Positions 1 to 15,000 of a stretch of 64,000 bases of DNA are shown piece after piece. This stretch comes from Eledone cirrhosa. Lineage: Eukaryota. Position numbers and translations under genes: made by a program. The stretch's first letter is position 1, and each line of letters starts with the position of its first letter. Below the pieces are notes generated by a model. That model saw nothing but the letters and a program-made list of their open reading frames with translations, ran no database searches and was not told the origin of the DNA. The stretch covers positions 18,290,001-18,354,000 of the forward strand of contig OZ024745.1 of assembly GCA_964016885.1 (NCBI GenBank), in the 5' to 3' direction.

Positions 1-3000
1 AATAACCTTCCCCTAGAACCATGGTGGTGTGTGTTGGCACACTGCTAGTTCGTCTAAGTGCAATAACCTTCCCCTAGAACCATGGTGGTGTGTGTTGGCA
101 CACTGCTAGTTCGTCTAAGTGCAATAACCTTCCCCTAGCACCATGGTGGTGTGTGTTGGCACACTGCTAGTTCGTCTGAGTATAATAACTTTTCCATAGT
201 CCCATGGTGGCGTGTGTTGGCACACTGCTAGTTCGTCTAAGTGCAATAACTTCCCCTAACACCATGGTGGTGTGTGTTAGCACACTGCTAGTTCGTCTAA
301 GTGCAATAACCTTCCCCTAGTACCATGGTGGTGTGTGTTGGCACACTGCTAGTTCGTCTAAGTGCAATAACCTTCGCCTAGCACCATGGTGGTGTGTTTT
401 GGCACACTGCTAGTTCATCTAAGTGCAATAACCTTCCCCTAGTACCATGGTGGTGTGTGTTGGCACACGGCTAGTTCGTCTGAGTGCAATAACCTTCCCC
501 TAGAACCATGGTGGTGTGTGTGGGCACACTTCTAGTTCGTCTAACTGCAATAACTTCCCCTAACACCATGGTGGTGTGTGTTGGCACACGGCTAGTTCGT
601 CTAAGTGCAATAACCTTCCCCTAATACCATGGTGGTGTGTGTTGGCACACTGCTAGTTCGTCTAAGTGCAATAACATTCCCCTAGTACCATGGTGGTGTG
701 TGTTGGCACACTGCTAGTTCGTCTAAGTGCAATAACCTTCCCCTAACACCATGGTGGTGTGTGTTGGCACACTGCTAGTTCGTCTAAGTGCAATAACCTT
801 TCCCTAGCACCATGGTGGTGTGTGTTGGCACACTGCTAGTTCGTCTAAGTGCAATAACCTTCCCCTAGTACCATTGTGGTGTGTGCTGGCACACTGCTAG
901 TTCGTCTAAGTGCAATAACTTCCCCTAACCCCATGGTGGTGTGTGTTGGGACACTGCTAGTTCGTCTAAGTGCAATAACCTTCCCCTAGTACCATGGTGG
1001 TGTGTGTTGGCACACGGCTAGTTCGTCTAAGTGCAATAACCTTCCCCTAATACCATGGTGGTGTGTGTTGGCACACGGCTTGTTCGTCTGAGCGCAATAA
1101 CTTTCCCCTAGCACCATGGTGGTGTGTGTTGGCACACGGCTAGTTCGTCTGAGCGCAATAACTTTCCCCTAGTACCATGGTGGTGTGTGTTGGCACACTG
1201 CTAGTTCGTCTAAGTGCAATAACCTTCCCCTAACACCATGGTGGTGTGTGTTGGCACACGGCTAGTTCGGCTAAGTGCAATAACCTTCCCCTAACACCAT
1301 GTTGGTGTGTGTTGGCACACTGCTAGTTCGTCTGAGTGCAATAACCTTCCCCTAACACCATGGTGGTGTGTGTTGGCACACTGCTAGTTCGGCTAAGTGC
1401 AATAACCTTCCCCTAACACCATGGTGGTGTGTGTTGGCACACTGCTAGTTAGCCTAAGTGCAATAACTTCCCCTAACACCATGGTGGTGTGTGTTGGCAC
1501 ACTGCTAGTTCGTCTGAGTGCAATAACCTTCCCCTAACACCATGGTGGTGTGTGTTGGCACACTGCTAGTTCGTCTAAGTGCAATAACCTTCCCCTAACA
1601 CCATGGTGGTGTGTGTTGGCACACTGCTAGTTCGGTTAAGTGCAATAACCTTCCCCTAACACCATGGTGGTGTTTGTTGGCACACTGCTAGTTCGTCTGA
1701 GTGCAATAACCTTCCCCTAGTACCATGGTGGTGTGTGTTAGCACACTGCTAGTTCGTCTGAGTGCAATAACCTTCCCCTAACACCATGGTGGTGTGTGTT
1801 GGCACACTGCTAGTTCGTCTAAGTGCAATAACCTTCCCCTAGTACCATGGTGGTGTGTGTTGGCACACTGCTAGTTCGTCTGAGTGCAATAACCTTCCCC
1901 TAACACCATGGTGGTGTGTGTTGGCACACTGCTTGTTCGTCTGAGTGCAATAACATTCCCCTAGTACCATGGTGGTGTGTGTTGGCACACTGCTAGTTCG
2001 TCTGAGTACAATAACTTTTCCCTAGTCCCATGGTGGCGTGTGTTGGCACACTGCTAGTTCGTCTGAGTGCAATAACCTTCGCCTAGCACCATGGTGGTGT
2101 GTGTTGGCACACTGCTAGTTCGTCTAAGTGCAATAACTTCCCCTAACACCATGGTGGTGTGTGTTGGCACACTGCTAGTTCGTCTAAGTGCAATAACCTT
2201 CCCCTAGAACCATGGTGGTGTGTGTTGGCACACTGCTAGTTCGTCTAAGTGCAATAACCTTCCCCTAGAACCATGGTGGTGTGTGTTGGCACACTGCTAG
2301 TTCGTCTAAGTGCAATAACCTTCCCCTAGCACCATGGTGGTGTGTGTTGGCACACTGCTAGTTCGTCTGAGTATAATAACTTTTCCATAGTCCCATGGTG
2401 GCGTGTGTTGGCACACTGCTAGTTCGTCTAAGTGCAATAACTTCCCCTAACACCATGGTGGTGTGTGTTAGCACACTGCTAGTTCGTCTAAGTGCAATAA
2501 CCTTCCCCTAGTACCATGGTGGTGTGTGTTGGCACACTGCTAGTTCGTCTAAGTGCAATAACCTTCGCCTAGCACCATGGTGGTGTGTTTTGGCACACTG
2601 CTAGTTCATCTAAGTGCAATAACCTTCCCCTAGTACCATGGTGGTGTGTGTTGGCACACGGCTAGTTCGTCTGAGTGCAATAACCTTCCCCTAGAACCAT
2701 GCTGGTGTGTGTGGGCACACTTCTAGTTCGTCTAACTGCAATAACTTCCCCTAACACCATGGTGGTGTGTGTTGGCACACGGCTAGTTCGTCTAAGTGCA
2801 ATAACCTTCCCCTAATACCATGGTGGTGTGTGTTGGCACACTGCTAGTTCGTCTAAGTGCAATAACATTCCCCTAGTACCATGGTGGTGTGTGTTGGCAC
2901 ACTGCTAGTTCGTCTAAGTGCAATAACCTTCCTCTAACACCATGGTGGTGTGTGTTGGCACACTGCTAGTTCGTCTAAGTGCAATAACCTTTCCCTAGCA

Positions 3001-6000
3001 CCATGGTGGTGTGTGTTGGCACACTGCTAGTTCGTCTAAGTGCAATAACCTTCCCCTAGTACCATTGTGGTGTGTGCTGGCACACTGCTAGTTCGTCTAA
3101 GTGCAATAACTTCCCCTAACCCCATGGTGGTGTGTGTTGGGACACTGCTAGTTCGTCTAAGTGCAATAACTTCCCCTAGTACCATGGTGGTGTGTGTTGG
3201 CACACTGCTAGTTCGTCTAAGTGCAATAACTTCCCCTAACACCATGGTGGTGTGTGTTGGCACACTGCTAGTTCGTCTAAGTGCAATAACTTCCCCTAAC
3301 ACCATGGTGGTGTGTGTTGGCACACTGCTAGTTCGTCTAAGTGCAATAACCTTCCCCTAGTACCATGGTGGTGTGTGTTGGCACACGGCTAGTTCGTCTA
3401 AGTGCAATAACTTCCCCTAACACCATGGTGGTGTGTGTTGGCACACTGCTAGTTCGTCTAAGTGCAATAACCTTCCCCTAGTACCATGGTGGTGTGTGTT
3501 GGCACACTGCTAGTTCGTCTAAGTGCAATAACTTCCCCTAACACCATGGTGGTGTGTGTTGGCACACTGCTAGTTCGTCTGAGTGCAATAACCTTCCCCT
3601 AGTACCATGGTGGTGTGTGTTGGCACACGGCTAGTTCGTCTAAGTGCAATAACTTCCCCTAACACCATGGTGGTGTGTGTTGGCACACTGCTAGTTCGTC
3701 TAAGTGCAATAACCTTCGCCTAGCACCATGGTGGTGTGTGTTGGCACACTGCTAGTTCATCTAAGTGCAATAACCTTCCCCTAGTACCATGGTGGTGTGT
3801 GTTGGCACACGGCTAGTTCGTCTGAGTGCAATAACCTTCCCCTAGAACCATGGTGGTGTGTGTGGGCACACTGCTAGTTCATCTAAGTGCAATAACTTCC
3901 CCTAACACCATGGTGGTGTGTGTTGTCACACGGCTAGTTCGTCTAAGTGCAATAACCTTCCCCTAATACCATGGTGGTGTGTGTTGGCACACTGCTAGTT
4001 CGTCTAAGTGCAATAACCTTCCCCTAGTACCATGGTGGTGTGTGTTGTCACACGGCTAGTTCGTCTAAGTGCAATAACCTTCCCCTAATACCATGGTGGT
4101 GTGTGTTGGCACACTGCTAGTTCGTCTAAGTGCAATAACCTTCCCCTAGTACCATGGTGGTGTGTGTTGGCACACTGCTAGTTCGTCTGAGTGCAATAAC
4201 CTTCCCCTAGAACCATGGTGGTGTGTGTGGGCACACTGCTAGTTCGTCTAAGTGCAATAACTTCCCCTAACACCATGGTGGTGTGTGTTGGCACACTGCT
4301 AGTTCGTCTAAGTGCAATAACCTTCCCCTAGTGCCATGGTGGTGTGTGTTGGCACACTGCTAGTTCGTCTAAGTGCAATAACCTTCGCCTAGCACCATGG
4401 TGGTGTGTGTTGGCACACTGCTAGTTCATCTAAGTGCAATAACCTTCCCCTAGAACCATGGTGGTGTGTGTGGGCACACTTCTAGCTCGTCTAAGTGCAA
4501 TAACTTCCCCTAGTACCATGGTGGTGTGTGTTGGCACACTGCTAGTTCGTCTAAGTGCAATAACCTTCGCCTAACACCATGGTGGTGTGTGTTGGCACAC
4601 TGCTAGTTCGTCTAAGTGCAATAACCTTCGCCTAACACCATGGTGGTGTGTGTTGGCACTCTGCTAGTTCGTCTAAGTGCAATAACTTCCCCTAACACCA
4701 TGGTGGTGTGTGTTGGCACACTGCTAGTTCATCTAAGTGCAATAACCTTCCCCTAGTACCATGGTGGTGTGTGTTGGCACACGGCTAGTTCGTCTAAGTG
4801 CAATAACCTTCCCCTAATACCATGGTGGTGTGTGTTGGCACACGGCTTGTTCGTCTGAGCGCAATAACTTTCCCCTAGCACCATGGTGGTGTGTGTTGGC
4901 ACACGGCTAGTTCGTCTGAGAGCAATAACTTTCCCCTAGTACCATGGTGGTGTGTGTTGGCACACTGCTAGTTCGTCTAAGTGCAATAACCTTCCCCTAA
5001 CACCATGGTGGTGTGTGTTGGCACACGGCTAGTTCGGCTAAGTGCAATAACCTTCCCCTAACACCATGTTGGTGTGTGTTGGCACACTGCTAGTTCGTCT
5101 GAGTGCAATAACCTTCCCCTAACACCATGGTGGTGTGTGTTGGCACACTGCTAGTTCGGCTAAGTGCAATAACCTTCCCCTAATACCATGGTGGTGTGTG
5201 TTGGCACACTGCTAGTTCGTCTAAGTGCAATAACATTCCCCTAGTACCATGGTGGTGTGTGTTGGCACACTGCTAGTTCGTCTAAGTGCAATAACCTTCC
5301 TCTAACACCATGGTGGTGTGTGTTGGCACACTGCTAGTTCGTCTAAGTGCAATAACCTTTCCCTAGCACCATGGTGGTGTGTGTTGGCACACTGCTAGTT
5401 CGTCTAAGTGCAATAACCTTCCCCTAGTACCATTGTGGTGTGTGCTGGCACACTGCTAGTTCGTCTAAGTGCAATAACTTCCCCTAACCCCATGGTGGTG
5501 TGTGTTGGGACACTGCTAGTTCGTCTAAGTGCAATAACTTCCCCTAGTACCATGGTGGTGTGTGTTGGCACACTGCTAGTTCGTCTAAGTGCAATAACTT
5601 CCCCTAACACCATGGTGGTGTGTGTTGGCACACTGCTAGTTCGTCTAAGTGCAATAACTTCCCCTAACACCATGGTGGTGTGTGTTGGCACACTGCTAGT
5701 TCGTCTAAGTGCAATAACCTTCCCCTAGTACCATGGTGGTGTGTGTTGGCACACGGCTAGTTCGTCTAAGTGCAATAACTTCCCCTAACACCATGGTGGT
5801 GTGTGTTGGCACACTGCTAGTTCGTCTAAGTGCAATAACCTTCCCCTAGTACCATGGTGGTGTGTGTTGGCACACTGCTAGTTCGTCTAAGTGCAATAAC
5901 TTCCCCTAACACCATGGTGGTGTGTGTTGGCACACTGCTAGTTCGTCTGAGTGCAATAACCTTCCCCTAGTACCATGGTGGTGTGTGTTGGCACACGGCT

Positions 6001-9000
6001 AGTTCGTCTAAGTGCAATAACTTCCCCTAACACCATGGTGGTGTGTGTTGGCACACTGCTAGTTCGTCTAAGTGCAATAACCTTCGCCTAGCACCATGGT
6101 GGTGTGTGTTGGCACACTGCTAGTTCATCTAAGTGCAATAACCTTCCCCTAGTACCATGGTGGTGTGTGTTGGCACACGGCTAGTTCGTCTGAGTGCAAT
6201 AACCTTCCCCTAGAACCATGGTGGTGTGTGTGGGCACACTGCTAGTTCATCTAAGTGCAATAACTTCCCCTAACACCATGGTGGTGTGTGTTGTCACACG
6301 GCTAGTTCGTCTAAGTGCAATAACCTTCCCCTAATACCATGGTGGTGTGTGTTGGCACACTGCTAGTTCGTCTAAGTGCAATAACCTTCCCCTAGTACCA
6401 TGGTGGTGTGTGTTGTCACACGGCTAGTTCGTCTAAGTGCAATAACCTTCCCCTAATACCATGGTGGTGTGTGTTGGCACACTGCTAGTTCGTCTAAGTG
6501 CAATAACCTTCCCCTAGTACCATGGTGGTGTGTGTTGGCACACTGCTAGTTCGTCTGAGTGCAATAACCTTCCCCTAGAACCATGGTGGTGTGTGTGGGC
6601 ACACTGCTAGTTCGTCTAAGTGCAATAACTTCCCCTAACACCATGGTGGTGTGTGTTGGCACACTGCTAGTTCGTCTAAGTGCAATAACCTTCCCCTAGT
6701 GCCATGGTGGTGTGTGTTGGCACACTGCTAGTTCGTCTAAGTGCAATAACCTTCGCCTAGCACCATGGTGGTGTGTGTTGGCACACTGCTAGTTCATCTA
6801 AGTGCAATAACCTTCCCCTAGAACCATGGTGGTGTGTGTGGGCACACTTCTAGCTCGTCTAAGTGCAATAACTTCCCCTAGTACCATGGTGGTGTGTGTT
6901 GGCACACTGCTAGTTCGTCTAAGTGCAATAACCTTCGCCTAACACCATGGTGGTGTGTGTTGGCACACTGCTAGTTCGTCTAAGTGCAATAACCTTCGCC
7001 TAACACCATGGTGGTGTGTGTTGGCACTCTGCTAGTTCGTCTAAGTGCAATAACTTCCCCTAACACCATGGTGGTGTGTGTTGGCACACTGCTAGTTCAT
7101 CTAAGTGCAATAACCTTCCCCTAGTACCATGGTGGTGTGTGTTGGCACACGGCTAGTTCGTCTAAGTGCAATAACCTTCCCCTAATACCATGGTGGTGTG
7201 TGTTGGCACACGGCTTGTTCGTCTGAGCGCAATAACTTTCCCCTAGCACCATGGTGGTGTGTGTTGGCACACGGCTAGTTCGTCTGAGAGCAATAACTTT
7301 CCCCTAGTACCATGGTGGTGTGTGTTGGCACACTGCTAGTTCGTCTAAGTGCAATAACCTTCCCCTAACACCATGGTGGTGTGTGTTGGCACACGGCTAG
7401 TTCGGCTAAGTGCAATAACCTTCCCCTAACACCATGTTGGTGTGTGTTGGCACACTGCTAGTTCGTCTGAGTGCAATAACCTTCCCCTAACACCATGGTG
7501 GTGTGTGTTGGCACACTGCTAGTTCGGCTAAGTGCAATAACCTTCCCCTAACACCATGGTGGTGTGTGTTGGCACACTGCTAGTTAGCCTAAGTGCAATA
7601 ACTTCCCCTAACACCATGGTGGTGTGTGTTGGCACACTGCTAGTTCGTCTGAGTGCAATAACCTTCCCCTAACACCATGGTGGTGTGTGTTGGCACACTG
7701 CTAGTTCGTCTAAGTGCAATAACCTTCCCCTAACACCATGGTGGTGTGTGTTGGCACACTGCTAGTTCGGTTAAGTGCAATAACCTTCCCCTAACACCAT
7801 GGTGGTGTTTGTTGGCACACTGCTAGTTCGTCTGAGTGCAATAACCTTCCCCTAGTACCATGGTGGTGTGTGTTAGCACACTGCTAGTTCGTCTGAGTGC
7901 AATAACCTTCCCCTAACACCATGGTGGTGTGTGTTGGCACACTGCTAGTTCGTCTAAGTGCAATAACCTTCCCCTAGTACCATGGTGGTGTGTGTTGGCA
8001 CACTGCTAGTTCGTCTGAGTGCAATAACCTTCCCCTAACACCATGGTGGTGTGTGTTGGCACACTGCTTGTTCGTCTGAGTGCAATAACATTCCCCTAGT
8101 ACCATGGTGGTGTGTGTTGGCACACTGCTAGTTCGTCTGAGTACAATAACTTTTCCCTAGTCCCATGGTGGCGTGTGTTGGCACACTGCTAGTTCGTCTG
8201 AGTGCAATAACCTTCGCCTAGCACCATGGTGGTGTGTGTTGGCACACTGCTAGTTCGTCTAAGTGCAATAACTTCCCCTAACACCATGGTGGTGTGTGTT
8301 GGCACACTGCTAGTTCGTCTAAGTGCAATAACCTTCCCCTAGAACCATGGTGGTGTGTGTTGGCACACTGCTAGTTCGTCTAAGTGCAATAACCTTCCCC
8401 TAGAACCATGGTGGTGTGTGTTGGCACACTGCTAGTTCGTCTAAGTGCAATAACCTTCCCCTAGCACCATGGTGGTGTGTGTTGGCACACTGCTAGTTCG
8501 TCTGAGTATAATAACTTTTCCATAGTCCCATGGTGGCGTGTGTTGGCACACTGCTAGTTCGTCTAAGTGCAATAACTTCCCCTAACACCATGGTGGTGTG
8601 TGTTAGCACACTGCTAGTTCGTCTAAGTGCAATAACCTTCCCCTAGTACCATGGTGGTGTGTGTTGGCACACTGCTAGTTCGTCTAAGTGCAATAACCTT
8701 CGCCTAGCACCATGGTGGTGTGTTTTGGCACACTGCTAGTTCATCTAAGTGCAATAACCTTCCCCTAGTACCATGGTGGTGTGTGTTGGCACACGGCTAG
8801 TTCGTCTGAGTGCAATAACCTTCCCCTAGAACCATGGTGGTGTGTGTGGGCACACTTCTAGTTCGTCTAACTGCAATAACTTCCCCTAACACCATGGTGG
8901 TGTGTGTTGGCACACGGCTAGTTCGTCTAAGTGCAATAACCTTCCCCTAATACCATGGTGGTGTGTGTTGGCACACTGCTAGTTCGTCTAAGTGCAATAA

Positions 9001-12000
9001 CATTCCCCTAGTACCATGGTGGTGTGTGTTGGCACACTGCTAGTTCGTCTAAGTGCAATAACCTTCCCCTAACACCATGGTGGTGTGTGTTGGCACACTG
9101 CTAGTTCGTCTAAGTGCAATAACCTTTCCCTAGCACCATGGTGGTGTGTGTTGGCACACTGCTAGTTCGTCTAAGTGCAATAACCTTCCCCTAGTACCAT
9201 TGTGGTGTGTGCTGGCACACTGCTAGTTCGTCTAAGTGCAATAACTTCCCCTAACCCCATGGTGGTGTGTGTTGGGACACTGCTAGTTCGTCTAAGTGCA
9301 ATAACCTTCCCCTAGTACCATGGTGGTGTGTGTTGGCACACGGCTAGTTCGTCTAAGTGCAATAACCTTCCCCTAATACCATGGTGGTGTGTGTTGGCAC
9401 ACGGCTTGTTCGTCTGAGCGCAATAACTTTCCCCTAGCACCATGGTGGTGTGTGTTGGCACACGGCTAGTTCGTCTGAGCGCAATAACTTTCCCCTAGTA
9501 CCATGGTGGTGTGTGTTGGCACACTGCTAGTTCGTCTAAGTGCAATAACCTTCCCCTAACACCATGGTGGTGTGTGTTGGCACACGGCTAGTTCGGCTAA
9601 GTGCAATAACCTTCCCCTAACACCATGTTGGTGTGTGTTGGCACACTGCTAGTTCGTCTGAGTGCAATAACCTTCCCCTAACACCATGGTGGTGTGTGTT
9701 GGCACACTGCTAGTTCGGCTAAGTGCAATAACCTTCCCCTAACACCATGGTGGTGTGTGTTGGCACACTGCTAGTTAGCCTAAGTGCAATAACTTCCCCT
9801 AACACCATGGTGGTGTGTGTTGGCACACTGCTAGTTCGTCTGAGTGCAATAACCTTCCCCTAACACCATGGTGGTGTGTGTTGGCACACTGCTAGTTCGT
9901 CTAAGTGCAATAACCTTCCCCTAACACCATGGTGGTGTGTGTTGGCACACTGCTAGTTCGGTTAAGTGCAATAACCTTCCCCTAACACCATGGTGGTGTT
10001 TGTTGGCACACTGCTAGTTCGTCTGAGTGCAATAACCTTCCCCTAGTACCATGGTGGTATGTGTTAGCACACTGCTAGTTCGTCTGAGTGCAATAACCTT
10101 CCCCTAACACCATGGTGGTGTGTGTTGGCACACTGCTAGTTCGTCTAAGTGCAATAACCTTCCCCTAGTACCATGGTGGTGTGTGTTGGCACACTGCTAG
10201 TTCGTCTGAGTGCAATAACCTTCCCCTAACACCATGGTGGTGTGTGTTGGCACACTGCTTGTTCGTCTGAGTGCAATAACATTCCCCTAGTACCATGGTG
10301 GTGTGTGTTGGCACACTGCTAGTTCGTCTGAGTACAATAACTTTTCCCTAGTCCCATGGTGGCGTGTGTTGGCACACTGCTAGTTCGTCTGAGTGCAATA
10401 ACCTTCGCCTAGCACCATGGTGGTGTGTGTTGGCACACTGCTAGTTCGTCTAAGTGCAATAACTTCCCCTAACACCATGGTGGTGTGTGTTGGCACACTG
10501 CTAGTTCGTCTAAGTGCAATAACCTTCCCCTAGAACCATGGTGGTGTGTGTTGGCACACTGCTAGTTCGTCTAAGTGCAATAACCTTCCCCTAGAACCAT
10601 GGTGGTGTGTGTTGGCACACTGCTAGTTCGTCTAAGTGCAATAACCTTCCCCTAGCACCATGGTGGTGTGTGTTGGCACACTGCTAGTTCGTCTGAGTAT
10701 AATAACTTTTCCATAGTCCCATGGTGGCGTGTGTTGGCACACTGCTAGTTCGTCTAAGTGCAATAACTTCCCCTAACACCATGGTGGTGTGTGTTAGCAC
10801 ACTGCTAGTTCGTCTAAGTGCAATAACCTTCCCCTAGTACCATGGTGGTGTGTGTTGGCACACTGCTAGTTCGTCTAAGTGCAATAACCTTCGCCTAGCA
10901 CCATGGTGGTGTGTTTTGGCACACTGCTAGTTCATCTAAGTGCAATAACCTTCCCCTAGTACCATGGTGGTGTGTGTTGGCACACGGCTAGTTCGTCTGA
11001 GTGCAATAACCTTCCCCTAGAACCATGGTGGTGTGTGTGGGCACACTTCTAGTTCGTCTAACTGCAATAACTTCCCCTAACACCATGGTGGTGTGTGTTG
11101 GCACACGGCTAGTTCGTCTAAGTGCAATAACCTTCCCCTAATACCATGGTGGTGTGTGTTGGCACACTGCTAGTTCGTCTAAGTGCAATAACATTCCCCT
11201 AGTACCATGGTGGTGTGTGTTGGCACACTGCTAGTTCGTCTAAGTGCAATAACCTTCCCCTAACACCATGGTGGTGTGTGTTGGCACACTGCTAGTTCGT
11301 CTAAGTGCAATAACCTTTCCCTAGCACCATGGTGGTGTGTGTTGGCACACTGCTAGTTCGTCTAAGTGCAATAACCTTCCCCTAGTACCATTGTGGTGTG
11401 TGCTGGCACACTGCTAGTTCGTCTAAGTGCAATAACTTCCCCTAACCCCATGGTGGTGTGTGTTGGGACACTGCTAGTTCGTCTAAGTGCAATAACCTTC
11501 CCCTAGTACCATGGTGGTGTGTGTTGGCACACGGCTAGTTCGTCTAAGTGCAATAACCTTCCCCTAATACCATGGTGGTGTGTGTTGGCACACGGCTTGT
11601 TCGTCTGAGCGCAATAACTTTCCCCTAGCACCATGGTGGTGTGTGTTGGCACACGGCTAGTTCGTCTGAGCGCAATAACTTTCCCCTAGTACCATGGTGG
11701 TGTGTGTTGGCACACTGCTAGTTCGTCTAAGTGCAATAACCTTCCCCTAACACCATGGTGGTGTGTGTTGGCACACGGCTAGTTCGGCTAAGTGCAATAA
11801 CCTTCCCCTAACACCATGTTGGTGTGTGTTGGCACACTGCTAGTTCGTCTGAGTGCAATAACCTTCCCCTAACACCATGGTGGTGTGTGTTGGCACACTG
11901 CTAGTTCGGCTAAGTGCAATAACCTTCCCCTAACACCATGGTGGTGTGTGTTGGCACACTGCTAGTTAGCCTAAGTGCAATAACTTCCCCTAACACCATG

Positions 12001-15000
12001 GTGGTGTGTGTTGGCACACTGCTAGTTCGTCTGAGTGCAATAACCTTCCCCTAACACCATGGTGGTGTGTGTTGGCACACTGCTAGTTCGTCTAAGTGCA
12101 ATAACCTTCCCCTAACACCATGGTGGTGTGTGTTGGCACACTGCTAGTTCGGTTAAGTGCAATAACCTTCCCCTAACACCATGGTGGTGTTTGTTGGCAC
12201 ACTGCTAGTTCGTCTGAGTGCAATAACCTTCCCCTAGTACCATGGTGGTGTGTGTTAGCACACTGCTAGTTCGTCTGAGTGCAATAACCTTCCCCTAACA
12301 CCATGGTGGTGTGTGTTGGCACACTGCTAGTTCGTCTAAGTGCAATAACCTTCCCCTAGTACCATGGTGGTGTGTGTTGGCACACTGCTAGTTCGTCTGA
12401 GTGCAATAACCTTCCCCTAACACCATGGTGGTGTGTGTTGGCACACTGCTTGTTCGTCTGAGTGCAATAACATTCCCCTAGTACCATGGTGGTGTGTGTT
12501 GGCACACTGCTAGTTCGTCTGAGTACAATAACTTTTCCCTAGTCCCATGGTGGCGTGTGTTGGCACACTGCTAGTTCGTCTGAGTGCAATAACCTTCGCC
12601 TAGCACCATGGTGGTGTGTGTTGGCACACTGCTAGTTCGTCTAAGTGCAATAACTTCCCCTAACACCATGGTGGTGTGTGTTGGCACACTGCTAGTTCGT
12701 CTAAGTGCAATAACCTTCCCCTAGAACCATGGTGGTGTGTGTTGGCACACTGCTAGTTCGTCTAAGTGCAATAACCTTCCCCTAGAACCATGGTGGTGTG
12801 TGTTGGCACACTGCTAGTTCGTCTAAGTGCAATAACCTTCCCCTAGCACCATGGTGGTGTGTGTTGGCACACTGCTAGTTCGTCTGAGTATAATAACTTT
12901 TCCATAGTCCCATGGTGGCGTGTGTTGGCACACTGCTAGTTCGTCTAAGTGCAATAACTTCCCCTAACACCATGGTGGTGTGTGCTAGCACACTGCTAGT
13001 TCGTCTAAGTGCAATAACCTTCCCCTAGTACCATGGTGGTGTGTGTTGGCACACTGCTAGTTCGTCTAAGTGCAATAACCTTCGCCTAGCACCATGGTGG
13101 TGTGTTTTGGCACACTGCTAGTTCATCTAAGTGCAATAACCTTCCCCTAGTACCATGGTGGTGTGTGTTGGCACACGGCTAGTTCGTCTGAGTGCAATAA
13201 CCTTCCCCTAGAACCATGGTGGTGTGTGTGGGCACACTTCTAGTTCGTCTAACTGCAATAACTTCCCCTAACACCATGGTGGTGTGTGTTGGCACACGGC
13301 TAGTTCGTCTAAGTGCAATAACCTTCCCCTAATACCATGGTGGTGTGTGTTGGCACACTGCTAGTTCGTCTAAGTGCAATAACATTCCCCTAGTACCATG
13401 GTGGTGTGTGTTGGCACACTGCTAGTTCGTCTAAGTGCAATAACCTTCCCCTAACACCATGGTGGTGTGTGTTGGCACACTGCTAGTTCGTCTAAGTGCA
13501 ATAACCTTTCCCTAGCACCATGGTGGTGTGTGTTGGCACACTGCTAGTTCGTCTAAGTGCAATAACCTTCCCCTAGTACCATTGTGGTGTGTGCTGGCAC
13601 ACTGCTAGTTCGTCTAAGTGCAATAACTTCCCCTAACCCCATGGTGGTGTGTGTTGGGACACTGCTAGTTCGTCTAAGTGCAATAACTTCCCCTAGTACC
13701 ATGGTGGTGTGTGTTGGCACACTGCTAGTTCGTCTAAGTGCAATAACTTCCCCTAACACCATGGTGGTGTGTGTTGGCACACTGCTAGTTCGTCTAAGTG
13801 CAATAACTTCCCCTAACACCATGGTGGTGTGTGTTGGCACACTGCTAGTTCGTCTAAGTGCAATAACCTTCCCCTAGTACCATGGTGGTGTGTGTTGGCA
13901 CACGGCTAGTTCGTCTAAGTGCAATAACTTCCCCTAACACCATGGTGGTGTGTGTTGGCACACTGCTAGTTCGTCTAAGTGCAATAACCTTCCCCTAGTA
14001 CCATGGTGGTGTGTGTTGGCACACTGCTAGTTCGTCTAAGTGCAATAACTTCCCCTAACACCATGGTGGTGTGTGTTGGCACACTGCTAGTTCGTCTGAG
14101 TGCAATAACCTTCCCCTAGTACCATGGTGGTGTGTGTTGGCACACGGCTAGTTCGTCTAAGTGCAATAACTTCCCCTAACACCATGGTGGTGTGTGTTGG
14201 CACACTGCTAGTTCGTCTAAGTGCAATAACCTTCGCCTAGCACCATGGTGGTGTGTGTTGGCACACTGCTAGTTCATCTAAGTGCAATAACCTTCCCCTA
14301 GTACCATGGTGGTGTGTGTTGGCACACGGCTAGTTCGTCTGAGTGCAATAACCTTCCCCTAGAACCATGGTGGTGTGTGTGGGCACACTGCTAGTTCATC
14401 TAAGTGCAATAACTTCCCCTAACACCATGGTGGTGTGTGTTGTCACACGGCTAGTTCGTCTAAGTGCAATAACCTTCCCCTAATACCATGGTGGTGTGTG
14501 TTGGCACACTGCTAGTTCGTCTAAGTGCAATAACCTTCCCCTAGTACCATGGTGGTGTGTGTTGTCACACGGCTAGTTCGTCTAAGTGCAATAACCTTCC
14601 CCTAATACCATGGTGGTGTGTGTTGGCACACTGCTAGTTCGTCTAAGTGCAATAACCTTCCCCTAGTACCATGGTGGTGTGTGTTGTCACACGGCTAGTT
14701 CGTCTAAGTGCAATAACCTTCCCCTAATACCATGGTGGTGTGTGTGGGCACACGGCTAGTTCGTCTAAGTGCAATAACCTTCCCCTAGTACCATGGTGGT
14801 GTGTGTTGGCACACTGCTAGTTCGTCTGAGTGCAATAACCTTCCCCTAGTACCATGGTGGTGTGTGTTGGCACACGGCTAGTTCGTCTGAGTGCAATAAC
14901 CTTCCCCTAATACCATGGTGGTGTGTGTTGGCACACTGCTACTTCGTCTAAGTGCAATAACCTTCCCCTAACACCATGGTGGTGTGTGTTGGCACACTGC

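Noticed and set aside
48-65. CENP-B box-like TTCG....A motif in the monomer
   Set aside because: Only TTCG and A match; the essential CGGG is absent.
3036-13877. Repeated 95/97-aa ORFs in the satellite
   Set aside because: They arise where several 60-bp (in-frame) monomers are adjacent. 61-bp units break the frame elsewhere.
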